Below, one piece after another: positions 47,501-54,400 of a DNA stretch of 64,000 bases (the first letter of the stretch is position 1; every line of letters begins with the position of its first letter). The translations under genes and the position numbers were made by a program. Below the pieces are notes generated by a model. The model was given only the letters and a program-made list of their open reading frames with translations. It ran no database searches and was not told where the DNA came from. Origin of the DNA: Botryllus schlosseri. Lineage: Eukaryota. The stretch covers positions 14,880,001-14,944,000 of the forward strand of contig CM119374.1 of NCBI GenBank assembly GCA_051294905.1. Direction: 5' to 3'.

Positions 47501-49046
47501 TCGAAAGTGGTTGCAGGTACATGACTTATTTGCATATGGCACATAGCCTGCGAAACCTAACACTATTGCCCTACCTCGCCCAGACATTGCTTCATTGATC
47601 ATTTGCTACCATCGTTTATTTTTTCTTTTTCCTTTCCCTTTTTTACAATCAGTATCTACAGCCAGACTGTATAGAGACAAGTGTACCTGTTTGATGTGGG
47701 TGTGATCAGACTGGTTAACCTTCAACGTCGTATCAATAATTCCTATCTGATACCGAATACTGTGCATGCATATTTTCCGTGCCACCATCATTGCCGCCTG
47801 TTTGTTATGTATTTTGGTTGGTTGAAAAAATAAAGACTCTCTCTCTCACTCTCACTTGTGATTCCTGTTTCTCTATTGCAGGATATTCCAACAGAATGGA
47901 ACATCACCTTCCTGAAAAACGAAGAGGAGGAAAATACTAGTCTCAGCTCCAAAGCGGTCGGAGAACCTCCGTTGCTTCTCTCATCGTCGGTGGTATTTGC
48001 AATAAAGCGTTGTGTCGAGAGCTTCAGGAATGACGGCACCTATTTTGCCATAGGTTGGTCGCTTTCCACCGCTGTGGTGGTCCCATACTGATTTATTTTT
48101 AAACTTATTCGCTATTATATATACATTTAAACTTACTCGCTATCATATACATAGTCGAGACGATCCAATATCAATCATATCATTATGAATTGTTACCAGC
48201 TCTAAACTTTACGAGATTGCAATGTAATGAAAAGATAAGAAGGAGTCACAACGAGTCAATCAATCACTCACATACACACACACACACGGATAATATTAAA
48301 ATAACCTTTTACCAACGCGAAATAACAAAATGCTTCACAAACTGTAGCCTACATTGTGATTCCTTGCGGCTGTGGAAATTCACCATTGAAACTAATGGAA
48401 GGTTATCCCAAATTGATTCTCTCCTTGACTAAATGTGAGATGTAAAAAGTGGGAAATCCCACTGTAAAAGATGTTGAAATGGAAGTGTGGGTTTCTGAAT
48501 GCAACCATCCGTGTCAATAGTGTGCACATGGATAAAAAGGTATTTGCATACCTGGTAAAATAAAGAAATATATTTTTCTGTCTTTGAGACCTTGTGAGTT
48601 GATACAGTATCTAATATATTGACATGATACTGATAAAACAACTTAACCTAGTAGTTTTGGTCTATCTGATAGTGCATTACTTTGAAATTTATTCGAGTAA
48701 CAAACTCCTTCTCAGGTCTCGGGGGTTTATCTAGATTTTTATCCCTGGCTCGAGTACTTACAAAAACACTAGAACATAACTGATTGCGCCTGAATTCTTC
48801 GGCAACCCATCTGATATATGTATATATGAATCAGATAAATAAACTCTTCGACAAAAGGCTAGTGACATTGAACTAATATCAGGTACTGCAATGTCCCTCT
48901 TATCACTACTGCTCACTGCACTTTTTGAAGAACTGTGGCAGTGCAAATTATCTGACATGTATTCCGCTTCATTTTCAGACATGCCCGCCAGCGTGGATAA
49001 CGTGCAGCAACTCTGCAAAGTCAAGATTTCGGATTACAAAATTTAG
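2573..49046 (+). CDS. Aldehyde oxidase/xanthine dehydrogenase family molybdo-flavoenzyme, paralog A (complete, 30 coding exons, 1302 aa)
   Basis: Hand-spliced GT-AG exons: 2573-2624, 5757-5923, 8535-8695, 9705-9864, 10620-10730, 10937-11105, 15900-15967, 16793-16942, 17017-17199, 19575-19664, 23701-23866, 24247-24350, 24528-24683, 27281-27434, 28003-28122, 28800-28972, 29925-30088, 33059-33159, 33870-33956, 34532-34648, 35572-35653, 36875-37038, 37112-37220, 37484-37595, 43324-43452, 43953-44092, 45450-45581, 46602-46749, 47882-48053, 48979-49046. Sum is 3909 nt, phases are consistent, and it ends in TAG. Motifs: 2Fe-2S (GTKVLCREGGCGAC, QCGYCTPGFVM, GNLCRCTGYRPI), FAD domain (VVGNTSTG, PVRNVASWTGNI), Moco domain (GAQYHFYMEPQ, GGAYGGKG, GQGVSTK, GQAEGAF, SSKAVGEPPL with the catalytic Glu). 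Confidence 0.95.
2959..2968 (+). promoter_or_regulatory. Candidate ARE (TGACTCAGCA) in intron 1 of paralog A
   Basis: Perfect NF-E2/Nrf2-type decamer TGACTCAGCA. Motif match only. Confidence 0.35.
3660..3934 (+). mobile_element. tRNA-derived SINE, family 1
   Basis: A box TAGCATAGTGG (3666-3676) and B box GGTTCGATTCC (3709-3719) at tRNA spacing. The purine-rich body ends in CGCCACTGAT. Homologous copies lie on the minus strand at 36156-36397 and 25321-25557. Confidence 0.7.
3942..4028 (+). repeat. 87-bp dispersed repeat, also present at 6509-6595
   Basis: Direct comparison with 6509-6595 gives 81/87 identical bases. Confidence 0.9.
6192..7460. mobile_element. Foldback-type non-autonomous DNA transposon with tandem-repeat arms and a telomere-like core
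   Basis: Inverted arms 6192-6287 and 7349-7460 are built from the 16-mer GTGAACCCGTCCCTCG, and both carry the same 13-bp truncated second unit. A perfect CTTGGAGG direct repeat flanks the element (6184-6191 and 7461-7468). An alternative reading is a 6-bp TTGGAG TSD with ends at 6191/7461. Confidence 0.85.
6704..7348 (+). repeat. G-rich minisatellite containing about 30 TTAGGG hexamers
   Basis: The core GGATATTAGGGTT alternates with the spacers GCCGGAGGTG, GGGGAGGGG or AGGGTTA. TTAGGG was hand-counted about 30 times. Confidence 0.92.
12194..14241 (+). mobile_element. 5'-truncated non-LTR retrotransposon (RTE/RTEX-like LINE) in intron 6 of paralog A
   Basis: TTAAACAC is repeated at 12186-12193 and 14242-14249 (TSD). 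There is an (AT)n tail at 14229-14241 and an abrupt rise in GC content. The RT frame is open from the 5' junction, and no endonuclease domain is visible. Confidence 0.9.
12208..14169 (+). CDS. Reverse transcriptase ORF of the LINE (N-terminally truncated ORF2)
   Basis: 653 codons without a stop. RT motifs: PIYKKG..DPANYRGISL, QNGFRPSRGT, FVDFAKAFDSV, GVLQGDTLAPFLF, LAYADDL, GLQINAKKT, FIYLG. RTE-type C-terminus: RLRLIGHLVR, TTWR, AHDRPRWR. Confidence 0.92.
   Translation: MAAVKNAAHDTLGEAQSNSRPKLAWESDPVVLTARQNLKTLRRAAYTSGTLDAHSDANEAALHLTNVYNAARKERVEAIALSGENEFEAGRSRAAWKAIGELVGSKRTRVKACMQDLASHFETLLSTPAPDIDVLVAPPSLAAIPLSINTNLITLAELRMAMRDVPQFKATGTDGIPTAAYTSGVAPFLLDVMNGVLEGGPVPPEWLESEIVPIYKKGAASDPANYRGISLMQTAAKLFDRVLLLRIREQVSTKLLNVQNGFRPSRGTTEHILALRTIIDTCRSHKKNVVAVFVDFAKAFDSVSRQAMAKILGFYGIPEVIRYAIMALYIDTRARVRTDDGPSGDFTTSAGVLQGDTLAPFLFVIILDFVLRTAFPDNSDFFEWRPRQGTRTRTTREAIHVGILAYADDLALLAPNTASAQRLINQLEAAAALIGLQINAKKTEVLAIPALPENATPIQLGEVRLKNVKSFIYLGIDVADSGKALKARRAKAWGAARRLHCLFHSSASPQLKTRIFRATVEQVLLYGIEALTLTEKLAKTLNANYDALLRYALGIHHPEHISTNALRKLTKTVPCCLLAAERRLRLIGHLVRHQEDQPAAAIINHIPTEPWRRGGWNRTTWRSTIETELAQRGLSLEDAHDRPRWRRLIRAQN
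14352..15600. mobile_element. Non-autonomous hAT (Buster-type) element, 1249 bp
   Basis: Perfect 14-bp TIR CAGGGGTTCTCAAC, perfect TSD TTTTAGAT, and GCGGCCCG subterminal motifs at both ends. Confidence 0.93.
16030..16160 (-). mobile_element. Degenerate SINE/RTE-associated fragment
   Basis: The minus strand has the A-box-like CAGCTCAGTGG followed by GCCCGGGTAAATGG...GGAAGGGCATCC. From memory, this resembles a core seen in aquatic-animal retroelements; it was not verified by a search. Confidence 0.4.
17638..18576. mobile_element. Non-autonomous hAT (Buster-type) element, 939 bp
   Basis: Perfect 14-bp TIR CAGGGGTGTCAAAC, perfect TSD GTTTACAT and CCGGCCC subterminal motifs. An internal 52-bp inverted repeat lies at 17709-17760 and 17971-18022. 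Confidence 0.93.
18872..19205 (+). mobile_element. tRNA-derived SINE, family 2
   Basis: A box GTGGCGCAGCTGG (18880-18892), degenerate B box GGTATAGTATCCC (18925-18937), and an (AAC)n tail at 19191-19205. Confidence 0.6.
20655..20783 (+). mobile_element. Penelope-like element 3' fragment (end of the GIY-YIG domain) inside the hAT 5' region
   Basis: Translates as TVMIAKCRSAFHLSVLESIIMKLTNPHVCGQKEFLYNIKIFH*, which matches the remembered Penelope C-terminal pattern (FHL..LE......P.LC.QKEF.Y). Not checked by a search. Confidence 0.6.
21155..22972 (+). CDS. hAT transposase (GTF2IRD2/Buster-like), 605 aa from the first ATG
   Basis: Uninterrupted ORF. It has an N-terminal zinc-finger-like CLIC...HFRRH, LAIDESTD (D1), ICTDEAPAM (D2), HCIIHQE (CxxH), HWLS, GSTYVCESAFS (E) and the C-terminal YRTRL dimerisation region. 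Confidence 0.92.
   Translation: MSVRRKRTVTEEKRAFNIKWELDYFMVEAPAHTMMCLICNQVVKTVKGDNARQHFRRHMSHKYAKMVGESRKSCLKSLKKSVRLQTSCISAFIQSKNKLCEASYTVAYHLGAAGKPYSDGELHKRCLIDVVRCIHPGKETDYSSVALSRRTIQRRQDDIAKQLTIYLQTKVNEEATCFSLAIDESTDIKDSAQLLIFIRSLSPNFEFCEDLLSMETLSTRTRGEDIFGAVKNACIRNGLHLKNLRGICTDEAPAMLGNTNGFVTRFSEFVSKEYDNNQLTNLHCIIHQEAPSVKSVALNDTLKDVNRIILNIRTIGLHHRQFQELLQERETSAEDILYHAAVHWLSQGDTSRRVLQLRKEILEYFSTKNKDCPLQNESFLIYLAFLVDFLSHVNILNRSLQGKEATICTMYKKVSDFRDKCRLLKHHIQQRDFFHFTQLKSLIDSCEIKVEKILITLFSGVFDTMLQDFADRFKDFQKISHTLRLVAFPHLVETESAPPHLQMELLELKNDEQLVTKFKCEENLIDTWKIAHGYPLLRELARETLVIVGSTYVCESAFSQMKYLKNEYRTRLLNGNLESQLRLMVSREVANFASLSSRMQDQGSH
24888..25280. mobile_element. hAT MITE, 393 bp
   Basis: TIRs CAGGGGACACCAAC and GTTGGAGACCCCTG (12/14), with a perfect TSD ATCTAATA. 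Confidence 0.88.
25321..25557 (-). mobile_element. tRNA-derived SINE, family 1 (diverged copy)
   Basis: The minus strand has the B-box-like GGTTCGAGT, then GTCAGAGGTTTATCT, ACAAAAAGC..AGAAAGACC and AATGGAAA in the same order as the copies at 3660 and 36397. Confidence 0.5.
25572..25640 (+). mobile_element. Solo left end of a hAT element
   Basis: CAGTGTTTCCCAACC preceded by CTGTAGAT (nnnTAnnn pattern). No matching right end was found. Confidence 0.45.
26134..27018. mobile_element. Non-autonomous hAT element related to the 20217-23357 transposon, 885 bp
   Basis: Perfect 16-bp TIR CAGGGGTGGCCAACCT and perfect TSD ATATAGAT. It has the same GCGGCCG(T) subterminal array and the same TCGAAATGCGGCCGTG right-end block as the autonomous copy. 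Confidence 0.93.
30461..31025. mobile_element. Non-autonomous hAT-type element (CAGGGTTGTAA-TIR family), 565 bp
   Basis: TIR CAGGGTTGTAA / TTACAACCCTT, perfect TSD ACTTGTGG and many GACTCGAGTC motifs. Homologous to 1305-2137. Confidence 0.9.
32019..32903. mobile_element. Non-autonomous hAT (Ac-like TAGGGATG TIR) element
   Basis: TIR TAGGGATGGTGTGAACGT / ACGTTCACACCATCCATA (17/18), with GTGAAC/GTTCAC subterminal repeats. The TSD is only partly preserved (CTAT...). Confidence 0.75.
33296..33663. mobile_element. Cluster of truncated hAT MITE ends
   Basis: CAGTGATTCCCAAAGTGGGCG at 33296. CAATGTTCCCTCTAA at 33362, whose next ~100 bp resemble the 40869 MITE. GGTTCCCGACTCCTG ends at 33653. No paired ends were found. 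Confidence 0.5.
36156..36397 (-). mobile_element. tRNA-derived SINE, family 1
   Basis: The minus strand reads GGGGGAGATAGTGTAGTGGT...GTTTAATTCCGCGTCAGAGGTTTATCT...GACCCG...AATGGAAAGA...CGCCACTGAT, colinear with 3660-3934. Confidence 0.65.
38790..40717 (+). pseudogene. Putative Harbinger Myb/SANT-like DNA-binding partner gene, degraded and spliced
   Basis: Frameshifted pieces TNSAVL..W..INQAV and KNRTA at about 38820-38910. Exon-like blocks 39112-39189 and 39574-39633 have AG/GT borders. Terminal block 40514-40717 encodes a charged coiled-coil-like stretch (ELRIELMVCKIEELKERK...KMEKYRL) ending in TAG. Confidence 0.4.
39831..40243. mobile_element. hAT MITE nested in the Harbinger remnant, 413 bp
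   Basis: Left end TGGAGCCTGATCGAT; the right end reads TAGAGCCCGACTGAT on the reverse strand. Flanks GTATACAA/GTATATAA (7/8). CCGATA subterminal motifs are present. Confidence 0.65.
40810..41179 (+). repeat. Local ~88-bp tandem duplication, first unit interrupted by a MITE
   Basis: GCAACATTTCT...CATTGTGCCTGCCTG...GTGTTCCTC...CTTATAGGTATT.TCGACGGTGCAAA starts at both 40810 and 41102. Confidence 0.85.
40869..41064. mobile_element. hAT MITE (CAATGTTCCCTCTAA TIR), 196 bp
   Basis: Perfect 15-bp TIR and TSD CTTACAGG/CTTATAGG (7/8). The empty site is visible in the adjacent tandem copy. Confidence 0.9.
41374..42256 (-). pseudogene. Harbinger (HARBI1-like) DDE transposase pseudogene
   Basis: Minus-strand segments: EFVDRYRF*K, FQQRDADLIGVTRTTARRII, VVRWPGSTHDSRTF, LLGDRG, YLMTP, HLKTRVLIKQCFGVLKQRFQIL, IIATICLHNF. 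There are stops and frameshifts, and the GAIDGTH segment is missing. Confidence 0.85.
42700..43170 (+). repeat. Two diverged ~235-bp tandem units with degenerate TTAGGG-like G-rich tracts
   Basis: Each unit has a GGTTAGG/GGGT-rich tract followed by TTGTT..GTGA.YGTT, CCAAATA.ATT, GAAACT and GAAAAT.AGCA, in the same order. Confidence 0.5.
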
Positions 49047-49476
49047 ATTCTAACACACAATTTTTTCCCATCACACTATATCTATCAATCATGAATATAT
49101 GTTCCTACTAACTTCTAACCTGTATCCTCCTGTTGATCATTAGTCTTTTAGCCGTTGGTCCATTCTGTTTCCGAAATAATAAGTTACTGGTCATATCGCA
49201 GAACTAGTGCCTCGTTTCTGTTAATGAGCGGGCTTTGATAGACTGAAATCTCATAGGAATGACTCCTGAGCATGTGTGAGTCATATCAATCAGCTTGAAT
49301 TGGTAGCACGCTACATATCTAGTATGTGGATTGTAGAGAATGTAGTAAAGGATGGATGTTAATGAAAACTACTTGTCTCAGGCAATCGCTGCATTCGACT
49401 TGGGAACAGTCTTGAAATGCCTATGAAATCGAAACATACTCTGGCCATTTAAATGCGGTGTTATGATACTATAGCG

Positions 49477-49592
49477 CAGTGTTGGGATGACTCGAGTCCC
49501 CTTTTTCGTATGACTTGACTTGACTCGAGTCAAAATGTGCAATGACTTGAAATAACTCGTAACTCGAAGGTAGTGACTTGATCCCAACACTG
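49477..49592. mobile_element. Minimal hAT MITE, 116 bp, downstream of the paralog A stop codon
   Basis: Perfect 12-bp TIR CAGTGTTGGGAT, TSD CTATAGCG/CTATAGTG (7/8) and internal GACTCGAGTC motifs. Confidence 0.85.
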
Positions 49593-50284
49593 CTATAGTG
49601 TGACATTCCTTCAGCAAGTGTACAAATCCGTTCTTTGTCATTGAAAATTTATGTCTCCTAATATTCATACCTTTCATGCCTCTGGTGATGTGCAAGATGT
49701 TTCTTGAATGTAGTGTAGAAATATAAGTTTTGTTGTCGTCTCATCTTCGATTACTGTAGCAGGCCTGTGCGGTGTACGCATAACAGAGGGTAGCCGAAGA
49801 GTAGCCACCTCAGTTCGAGTTAAAGATGATTATCTGCTAAACTATATAGATTGTATTCGGAAGGAAAGATTTTGATCATGCAATGAAATGCCGCGCTGTC
49901 TCCTTTGTAAGAGAACTATGATGGTTTCATGATACCAGGGGACTGCTGGCATGTTTGTGAAATTCGAGAGTGATTTAGGATGGCTCCAGATCCATGAGCA
50001 GAATGCAATTCATGTCTTCTCTGATACCAGTTTTATCAAATCTTGTGCTCAGGCAACCAGTGTTACGATTATCACAGGTCCCTTTGGCCATATGGACAGA
50101 GCTTTGTAACCCAAACGCAGTTTGCCTTGCAAATTACCAGTGTCCACACCTGTGTAAGACACTTAGACGCTACTTAATGGAGACTTGAGTGGTGTATGAA
50201 AATGCAGAGACAGTATGATATGATGATTCAACTTACAGAATCTTACTATGACATAGGGATAATGTATCGGTAAGTGATAACTAG

Positions 50285-50704
50285 GGCAAGTTTTTGCAAC
50301 TTTTTTACAGCTTGCGGCAGCTTCCTAAATACTCGGAAGTTATGTAGAATGCTGTTTGAAGGAATCTTATAGTGCAACTTTTTTGCTGTTTTTCATGCAA
50401 TTTTTTCGATTTTTCATGAAAGATTTTTTAATTTTTCACCCAACCAACTTTTTACTGGAAATATTTGGCAATTATGTCAGTGTTTTTTGAGAATGTTGGT
50501 GAAATACACTGCCAAATTCGACCAAAATACTGTAAATCAGCATTGAAGTAATGCTCTAACGGGTATTTCGAGAGCCGAGCCGGAAAGTTGACCTTGTGGT
50601 CTTTTAGTGCAACTTTTGTGAAAAATTAAATGCAACTTTTTACTGCAACTTTTGGGAAAAATTAATGCAACTTTTCACGGATTTACCTGCAACAAAAACT
50701 TGCC
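50285..50704. mobile_element. MITE with 12-bp TIR GGCAAGTTTTTG and TGCAACTTTT repeats, 420 bp
   Basis: Perfect TIR at 50285-50296 and 50693-50704, with flanks TAG and TAC. TGCAACTTTT occurs six times. The superfamily is uncertain (Tourist/Harbinger-like). Confidence 0.65.
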
Positions 50705-51021
50705 TACAGCAGCCTTGTCACCTGGCAGCTTTTTCAATGTCAATTTTGTAACCTGCTCGGTAGCCAGACATTGTACACTCGGGTGAAAGAAATGATAGAT
50801 CAATACTAGATTGTTAAACTGTGATGCAGGCTCATGCAATGTCAACATAACGTTGTTTGCTCTACTGCTTTGCCATTGCAGACACATCGATGCATAGTTT
50901 CCTGAATTGATAAATAGTTGCCTGTGAGCTTTTGTGCATTTGAAAAGTTGTGAGGATAAGCAGCAGAATTGAATGCATTGATATTGTGAAAACTGATTGA
51001 AATTTTATCAACAGTCATTCA

Positions 51022-51028
51022 TTGCGTG
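51022..51028 (+). promoter_or_regulatory. Candidate XRE/DRE (TTGCGTG) about 380 bp upstream of paralog B
   Basis: Matches TNGCGTG. The motif is short and could occur by chance. Confidence 0.2.
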
Positions 51029-51405
51029 ATAGTGGCAATTTCTGCTTGCGGAGGACATGTAGCTGTGTTTTCTGGTAATTTCTCTATGAATATGCAATGT
51101 TATTATATCTACCATCCTCAAATGACTTGTGTATTGTAAGATGCGCACTATAATATAGGCTATCAAATACTGCTGAGAAAGAAGTGGGAGCATTTCTGGT
51201 GTATCCTACTAAACTTGATGATTTCATGAAAACTCCCAGTGATCCATGTGAGCTACTTTGATGCATACGACATTTATAATACATAATGTTGTGAATGAAA
51301 ACAATTACCATTTTATGTCCGTTTTGACACCCATTACTGCATTTAGTGCTAGCATGAGAAATTAGTTTCAAATACTCCGATACTCTCGGAAAGAGCATAG
51401 CCAGG

Positions 51406-54400
51406 ATGGATCCAATGAATTCAAGCATCCAATTTCATGTCAATGGAAAGGAAAATGTTGGTGAGTGTCACACAACCGATATTTTTCAATTTTAACTGAC
51501 AGAAAAAGGTATTATATCTTTGTGGAATACTCACACCTCACTGTAATGATCTTTTTATTACATTTCTTTACTTCAAATACGATTGTGAAAGTTTAAAAAA
51601 TAGTACTTGTGTAATACATGTCAGAAGGGCCACTCAGCTATTTTCAACAATGGTCCAGTTACAAAAGATCAAGTTTGGTTTAGGTCCGTTATAACACTCA
51701 TGAAATAATGTACAGTCATACAAATGTTATTTGATATAACTACATACAAAATCAGGTAAAGCAGTTGAAGCGATAAGCGAAATGGATTTTGTGTTCTGTT
51801 GATCACACCTTGTCGGAGAACTGGCCTTTTTTATATAATGGATTTGTTTTGTTGAAAAGCCAAGTAAATATACTGAGACAAACAAGGTCCGGATTCAACA
51901 CTGAAAAGGTTCGTCAGTTGAGCAGTCATGCCATAATGAATGCATCATGACAATGGCAATATAATAGAGTGGTGCCATGCAAACATGTACAATTCCATAT
52001 TTACAAACAGATTTGTTTGCCTCTGGTTTTATGTAGTGCATTTATTATGTTGAATCCATGGTGTGCAATAAATGTCCTCTTCCCTATTGTTACTGTGACG
52101 GTAATAACTGCCTTTTAATTCTACTAAATCCAGGTCTATGCTAGCACAATGTTCGAACATTGTTAAAAATGGATACGGAGTGGCTGGTCTGATACTGAGT
52201 TTGTTGGTCTGGCCTCACATGACTAATACATTATTCTAGAATCCAGAATTCTGAGGTCGCTTCTGTCTCAATATTCCTCTTAGAAGACTCCGTGTTTCTT
52301 TGGTCGGATTCTGTGTCAGTTATCGAAGTGCACAGATCTTTTGATGAGTGTACTATAGTCACTAATTGCCCGCCTCGACAAGACACCTCCAGATATAAGA
52401 AGTCTGAGGTTGTAAGACTCAAGGCTCTCAACCAGATACATATTGCCCACTAGCCAGTCATGGATGATAGTCTGCTACACGTTAAAGTAATACCATGAAT
52501 GCCTAGTCAACTGCAAGTGGAATTTAGACATTCTCAACTAGAAGTTAAAAGTAATAGGTCAGAGTATTACTCAACCGGATTAATTTTTTCAGAATTACAT
52601 TTTCTTATCATGATACTGTGGCGGTGTCACCCCATTGTTGTCACAATTTCTGTCACAACCGTGATCATAATGTATTTGAACATTGCATTTTACTTTACAA
52701 AGTCGAAACAGTGAATTTCAAGTAATTTGACACAAAAATATTGAAGTAGAAGTGAAGTGATGTAAGTAGACAATGATTGGTACTCTACTGGTATGTATTT
52801 AGTAGAAGGTGACAAATAATGAGACCCAGGTCCTATCATTATCCGCAGCCAAATTTATTCTTTTATTTTTGACGAACAACATATTTTCTTGGTATTTTAA
52901 TCTTCTCATGCTTCATTTTCTCAGTGAGCAATGTCGAGCTGGGAGTCAGTTTAAATTCCTGGCTGCGTACAAGCGGAAGATTAACGGGAACAAAAGTAAT
53001 GTGTGCCGAAGGAGGATGCGGCGCCTGTGTTGTCACTGTAACAAGGCCTATCCCTGGTACTTCCAGTTCAAAAACGTTTTCTGCTAACTCAGTGAGTTGA
53101 ATATGCTTTTCCTACAAAGTATTGACTCGTGGTACTGGTTTGGAAAAAGTATTTTATAGACTGGCTGGAACAATATGACTTTGTGTTGCTGACTTTGTGT
53201 TGTAGATGTAAGTAGATATAAATACATGACGAGAAGTAAATAAATATATGAAAAACATTGAAATAAATATGTGTGTTTCGGTATGGAAATAAAGGAATAT
53301 GAAAATATGAGCAATAGAAACATATTTGGTATGAATTGGAAAAGGTAGGAGAGATAAGAAGAATGGCAAAAACAAATTGTTGATTGGAATATGCCTTTTT
53401 TTACCAGTGTCTACTACCGCTGCTGTCTGTGGATGGATGTCAAATCACAACCACTGAGGGATTGATCGAAGATGGTGGTTCTTACAATGTTATTCAAGAA
53501 CGGGTCGCACATTTTAATGCGACACAGTGTGGATATTGCACCCCTGGATTTGTCATGACAATGCATAGGTGAAAGCTGGTTTGCCCATTTTACCTAGTTC
53601 TATGCATAATAAACATTAAGAATATGTGGAATAAATAGTCACGTAAGTATATTCGAATTTCTTTGGCGGAAAAGGTTACTCTCTGTAATTTTCAGTGCCA
53701 ATCTCCCTCGATTTATATGGTATTGGCTAATATAAATATTTTGCGTAATAAAGATTAATAATAGTTGAGTGGGAAATGTATGTATATCATACGGAGTTAC
53801 GCCTGATGGCACGAAAGGATGATAAAATAAGTTATTTTTAATTTCATAGCATTTATGCTTGAGTTAACGATCCAATACGAAAAAACTAAAAATTGTAATA
53901 GGACCATATTATTGAACTTACTCATATGAATTATCTTTTATCATCGTATGCGACTCAAATTCAAGCCATAGCTCATATAAGTAATAGGCAAGAATAAATT
54001 TGTGTGGATATGAGATGCATGCAATGGCCAACACCCTTCTACAAACCACAATCATCCATAATGTGATAGTTTGTATATCAATACACATTTGTATAATAAT
54101 ATAAATGCACTCACCTTATCTTTTTACTTCCTTTAGCCTCCTGCAGCGCAACCCAAATCCGACCCAGGCTGAAATCGAGGAAGAATTTGACGGAAACCTT
54201 TGCCGGTGTACCGGTTATCGGCCGATCTTCGACGCGATGAAAAGCTTTGCATCCGATGCAGATCCAAAGCTGAAAAAAATCTGTCAGGATATTGAGGTTT
54301 GTGTGATTTCATGATTGGGACATCTCCAGTTTGTATTTACGAAAAAATTAATTGTTTAAAAAAGTTAGCTTGATGTCACTGTGTGTCGTAGTAAAATCAA

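Noticed and set aside
2573-49046. Calling paralog A a true xanthine dehydrogenase (xdh), or a pseudogene because of its TE load
   Set aside because: The XDH-diagnostic residues are absent. All TEs are intronic, and the 30-exon frame is intact.
49880-50110. L2/CR1 LINE remnant or small ORF (…DLGWLQIHEQ…)
   Set aside because: Similarity is limited to a few residues with no supporting motifs.
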